Under the pieces are notes generated by a model. That model was not told where the DNA came from and searched no databases. It was given only the letters and a program-made list of their open reading frames with translations. DNA of 64,000 bases from the human T2T-CHM13v2.0 reference genome, Homo sapiens, in the NCBI RefSeq assembly GCF_009914755.1, contig NC_060948.1; one strand, 5' to 3'. Both the position numbers and the translations under genes were made by a program. This document shows, piece by piece, positions 57,198-64,000 of the stretch; position 1 is the first letter of the stretch; every line of letters begins with the position of its first letter.

Positions 57198-59302
57198 AGA
57201 TCCATATTTTTTAAATGAAAAAAAATTTCAAAGGTACTCTGCTTGGTACAATAATCAAATGTATAAACTGAGGAATAAAACATAACCATGAAACCTACTT
57301 ATAACTGCATATGGAAAATACAGAGGATAATTTTTTAAATAACATATTTTGAAAGCCTTAACTAGTAATTTGAAGAGCTGGCATTTGAAAGGCCTGTATG
57401 AATATACCTTCAAAGCAGCAACACAGGTTCCCCATGAGAAAAAGCAAACACAGGGAAAATAAAAACACAAAGGTTCAATCTCTTCTGACCTTTGAAAGAC
57501 ACAGCACAGACAGTGGTCCTTAGGACGAAGAGCAGGAGACCCCTAATTCCGTCACCATGGCGATAGGGCATAAACATTGCTGGGTGAGGGCACAATCCAC
57601 ATTGTGAGGTCCAACTGCTGCCAGGAAGACAGGAGTGCTTTTACATAGACCGAAAGGTCATTGAAGGCTCAGAGTTTTGTTTCAAGAACTGAATCCCAAG
57701 CCCACACGTTATTAGGCTGCGCTTCTTAAAACAAGTTATGAGATGGGAAAAAGGGCACCCACAAACATACGTATACATTATGTATATAATAATATACAGT
57801 ATCATATATATAATATATATAACCTATGTATAATATTGTTTTACATCCTGCATCTTATGTTATATATATTGTATAAAATATAATAATTGATAATATATAA
57901 GTTTTATAATTATACAATATGACATATAGTATATATTATAATTTATGACATATATAATATATGTTATATATCATATATAGAATATATTATACGGTTAATA
58001 TACGTATTAAATATAAATTATACATTATATATATTATATATAATATATCTGTTATATATAATACCCATTATGCATAATATATATATTATGTCTATGTTAT
58101 ATATAGTATAAAACAACATATAATAATATATAATTGTATATATAAAATGCGACATATAATATATATTATATTTTATAACATATGTAATATATATTATATA
58201 TTATATATAATACGTTGTATGTATAATACCTATATTAAATATTTATTATATGACTATGTTATTAATTACATGTCACATGTGTTATATATTATATATTTTA
58301 CATAGAATATACCGGTTACATACAATATATACTATGTTACCTATAATGTATAATTTCTTACATGTAAAATAAAGAATGCAATATATTATGTATAATTTAT
58401 AATATACAATATGTGGAATGTGATATATATAACATATAATATATGATATATGATATACAGTATATGATATATAACATACAATATATGATTGCTAATATAT
58501 ATGGTATACAATATATATTTTATGACATGTATTCTATATGTTTTATATTCTGTTATATATAACTATTTGAAATTATATATAACTGTATAATATTTTATGT
58601 AAATATGTAATATAATATATATAACTATATAATATATTATATATAACTATATATTATGTTATATATACTTTTATAACATAATTTGCATAAAATATCATAA
58701 TATAATATATATTATATTATTTCATATTACATAATATATATTACATATCACCCAATATAACTAACATACATAATATTATAATATAGATTATATTATGTTA
58801 TATTAAATATCATATATATCATGTATCATATATTCTATAATATATATTACACATTATATAATATGTATGTTGTCTATTATGTGATATATATAAATCTATA
58901 TATAATTATATTATTATACATATAACTAGATAAACATGTAATTCTACATATTTTCATTTATAATATGAAGAATTATATAATCATATATAATTATTTATAT
59001 TCTATAAAAAATTTTATCATTATATAAATTATAATATATAAAAATTATAATATGTACTACAAATATATATATTATATATCATATCTGATATAGTACCTTT
59101 GTTATATATCATAATACATATAAATGTGTATTATGTTATCTATAATTATATAATTTCATATATAAGATGTATAATATGTATCATATATTATATATGTTAT
59201 GTAATATATACAGTATATATAAGATGACACAGGATAAATATTATATACTATGACATATAAAATATATGAGGTTATATGTTACATATTAGGCATAGCACAT
59301 AA

Positions 59303-59617
<315 letters not shown>

Positions 59618-61722
59618 AGATCCATATTTTTTAAATGAAAAAAAATTTCAAAGGTACTCTGCTTGGTACAATAATCAAATGTATAAACTGAGGAATAAAA
59701 CATAACCATGAAACCTACTTATAACTGCATATGGAAAATACAGAGGATAATTTTTTAAATAACATATTTTGAAAGCCTTAACTAGTAATTTGAAGAGCTG
59801 GCATTTGAAAGGCCTGTATGAATATACCTTCAAAGCAGCAACACAGGTTCCCCATGAGAAAAAGCAAACACAGGGAAAATAAAAACACAAAGGTTCAATC
59901 TCTTCTGACCTTTGAAAGACACAGCACAGACAGTGGTCCTTAGGACGAAGAGCAGGAGACCCCTAATTCCGTCACCATGGCGATAGGGCATAAACATTGC
60001 TGGGTGAGGGCACAATCCACATTGTGAGGTCCAACTGCTGCCAGGAAGACAGGAGTGCTTTTACATAGAGCGAAAGGTCATTGAAGGCTCAGAGTTTTGT
60101 TTCAAGAACTGAATCCCAAGCCCACACGTTATTAGGCTGCGCTTCTTAAAACAAGTTATGAGATGGGAAAAAGGGCACCCACAAACATACGTATACATTA
60201 TGTATATAATAATATACAGTATCATATATATAATATATATAACCTATGTATAATATTGTTTTACATCCTGCATCTTATGTTATATATATTGTATAAAATA
60301 TAATAATTGATAATATATAAGTTTTATAATTATACAATATGACATATAGTATATATTATAATTTATGACATATATACTATATGTTATATATCATATATAG
60401 AATATATTATACGGTTAATATACGTATTAAATATAAATTATACATTATATATATTATATATAATATATCTGTTATATATAATACCCATTATGCATAATAT
60501 ATATATTATGTCTATGTTATATATAGTATAAAACAACATATAATAATATATAATTGTATATATAAAATGCGACATATAATATATATTATATTTTATAACA
60601 TATGTAATATATATTATATATTATATATAATACGTTGTATGTATAATACCTATATTAAATATATATTATATGACTATGTTATTAATTACATGTCACATGT
60701 GTTATATATTATATATTTTACATAGAATATACCGGTTACATACAATATATACTATGTTACCTATAATATATAATTTATTACATGTAAAATAAAGAATGCA
60801 ATATATTATGTATAATTTATAATATACAATATGTGGAATGTGATATATATAACATATAATATATGATATATGATATACAGTATATGATATATAACATACA
60901 ATATATGATTGCTAATATATATGGTATACAATATATATTTTATGACATGTATTCTATATGTTTTATATTCTGTTATATATAACTATTTGAAATTATATAT
61001 AACTGTATAATATTTTATGTAAATATGTAATATAATATATATAACTATATAATATATTATATATAACTATATATTATGTTATATATACTTTTATAACATA
61101 ATTTGCATAAAATATCATAATATAATATATATTATATTATTTCATATTACATAATATATATTACATATCACCCAATATAACTAACATACATAATATTATA
61201 ATATAGATTATATTATGTTATATTAAATATCATATATATCATGTATCATATATTCTATAATATATATTACACATTATATAATATGTATGTTGTCTATTAT
61301 GTGATATATATAAATCTATATATAATTATATTATTATACATATAACTAGATAAACATGTAATTCTACATATTTTCATTTATAATATGAAGAATTATATAA
61401 TCATATATAATTATTTATATTCTATAAAAAATTTTATCATTATATAAATTATAATATATAAAAATTATAATATGTACTACAAATATATATATTATATATC
61501 ATATCTGATATAGTACCTTTGTTATATATCATAATACATATAAATGTGTATTATGTTATCTATAATTATATAATTTCATATATAAGATGTATAATATGTA
61601 TCATATATTATATATGTTATGTAATATATACAGTATATATAAGATGACACAGGATAAATATTATATACTATGACATATAAAATATATGAGGTTATATGTT
61701 ACATATTAGGCATAGCACATAA

Positions 61723-62037
<315 letters not shown>

Positions 62038-64000
62038 AGATCCATATTTTTTAAATGAAAAAAAATTTCAAAGGTACTCTGCTTGGTACAATAATCAAAT
62101 GTATAAACTGAGGAATAAAACATAACCATGAAACCTACTTATAACTGCATATGGAAAATACAGAGGATAATTTTTTAAATAACATATTTTGAAAGCCTTA
62201 ACTAGTAATTTGAAGAGCTGGCATTTGAAAGGCCTGTATGAATATACCTTCAAAGCAGCAACACAGGTTCCCCATGAGAAAAAGCAAACACAGGGAAAAT
62301 AAAAACACAAAGGTTCAATCTCTTCTGACCTTTGAAAGACACAGCACAGACAGTGGTCCTTAGGACGAAGAGCAGGAGACCCCTAATTCCGTCACCATGG
62401 CGATAGGGCATAAACATTGCTGGGTGAGGGCACAATCCACATTGTGAGGTCCAACTGCTGCCAGGAAGACAGGAGTGCTTTTACATAGAGCGAAAGGTCA
62501 TTGAAGGCTCAGAGTTTTGTTTCAAGAACTGAATCCCAAGCCCACACGTTATTAGGCTGCGCTTCTTAAAACAAGTTATGAGATGGGAAAAAGGGCACCC
62601 ACAAACATACGTATACATTATGTATATAATAATATACAGTATCATATATATAATATATATAACCTATGTATAATATTGTTTTACATCCTGCATCTTATGT
62701 TATATATATTGTATAAAATATAATAATTGATAATATATAAGTTTTATAATTATACAATATGACATATAGTATATATTATAATTTATGACATATATACTAT
62801 ATGTTATATATCATATATAGAATATATTATACGGTTAATATACGTATTAAATATAAATTATACATTATATATATTATATATAATATATCTGTTATATATA
62901 ATACCCATTATGCATAATATATATATTATGTCTATGTTATATATAGTATAAAACAACATATAATAATATATAATTGTATATATAAAATGCGACATATAAT
63001 ATATATTATATTTTATAACATATGTAATATATATTATATATTATATATAATACGTTGTATGTATAATACCTATATTAAATATATATTATATGACTATGTT
63101 ATTAATTACATGTCACATGTGTTATATATTATATATTTTACATAGAATATACCGGTTACATACAATATATACTATGTTACCTATAATATATAATTTATTA
63201 CATGTAAAATAAAGAATGCAATATATTATGTATAATTTATAATATACAATATGTGGAATGTGATATATATAACATATAATATATGATATATGATATACAG
63301 TATATGATATATAACATACGATATATGATTCCTAATATATATGGTATAAAATATATATTTTATGATATGTATTCTATGTGTTTTATATTCTGTTATATAT
63401 AACTATTTGAAATTATATATAACTGTATAATATTTTATGTAAATATGTAATATAATATATATAACTATATAATATATTATATATAACTATATATTATGTT
63501 ATATATACTTTTATAACATAATTTACATAAAATATCATAATATAATATATATTATATTATTTCATATTACATAATATATATTACATATCACCCAATATAA
63601 CTAACATACATAATATTATAATATAGATTATATTGTGTTATATTAAATATCATATATATCATGTATCATATATTCTATAATATATATTACACATTATATA
63701 ATATGTATGTTGTCTATTATGTGATATATATAACTATATATATAATTATATTTTTATACATATAACTAGATAAACATGTAATTCTACATATTTTCATTTA
63801 TAATATGTAGAATTATATAATCATATATAATTATTTATATTCTATAAAAAATTTTATCATTATATAAATTATAATATATAAAAATTATAATATGTACTAC
63901 AAATATATATATTATATATGATATAGTACCTTTGTTATATATCATAATACATATAAATGTGTATTATGTTATCTATAATTATATAATTTCATATATAAGA

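Overview
The whole window is a head-to-tail tandem array of about 26.5 copies of a ~2,420-bp composite unit, all in one orientation. Each unit has a ~1.55-kb degenerate (AT)n-rich block, a diverged antisense Alu (~292 bp, missing ~12 nt of its 5' end, with a 16-bp internal duplication) and a ~570-bp complex segment (HSATI-type). Unit length, tripartite structure and a predicted 2,146-bp HaeIII fragment match human satellite 1B (HSat1B/DYZ2), most likely from Yq12 heterochromatin. Acrocentric short-arm HSat1B cannot be excluded from sequence alone. I see no credible protein-coding genes, RNA genes or CRISPR arrays; the ORF track is the same two spurious ORFs repeated in each unit. I found no novel gene system. 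The interesting signal is the array's internal history: recent 1-, 2- and possibly 4-unit duplications, mosaic units, one markedly diverged unit (~48.4-50.9 kb) carrying apparently ancestral Alu bases, and Alu diagnostic positions that look more like AluSc than AluY. All variant comparisons were made by eye.
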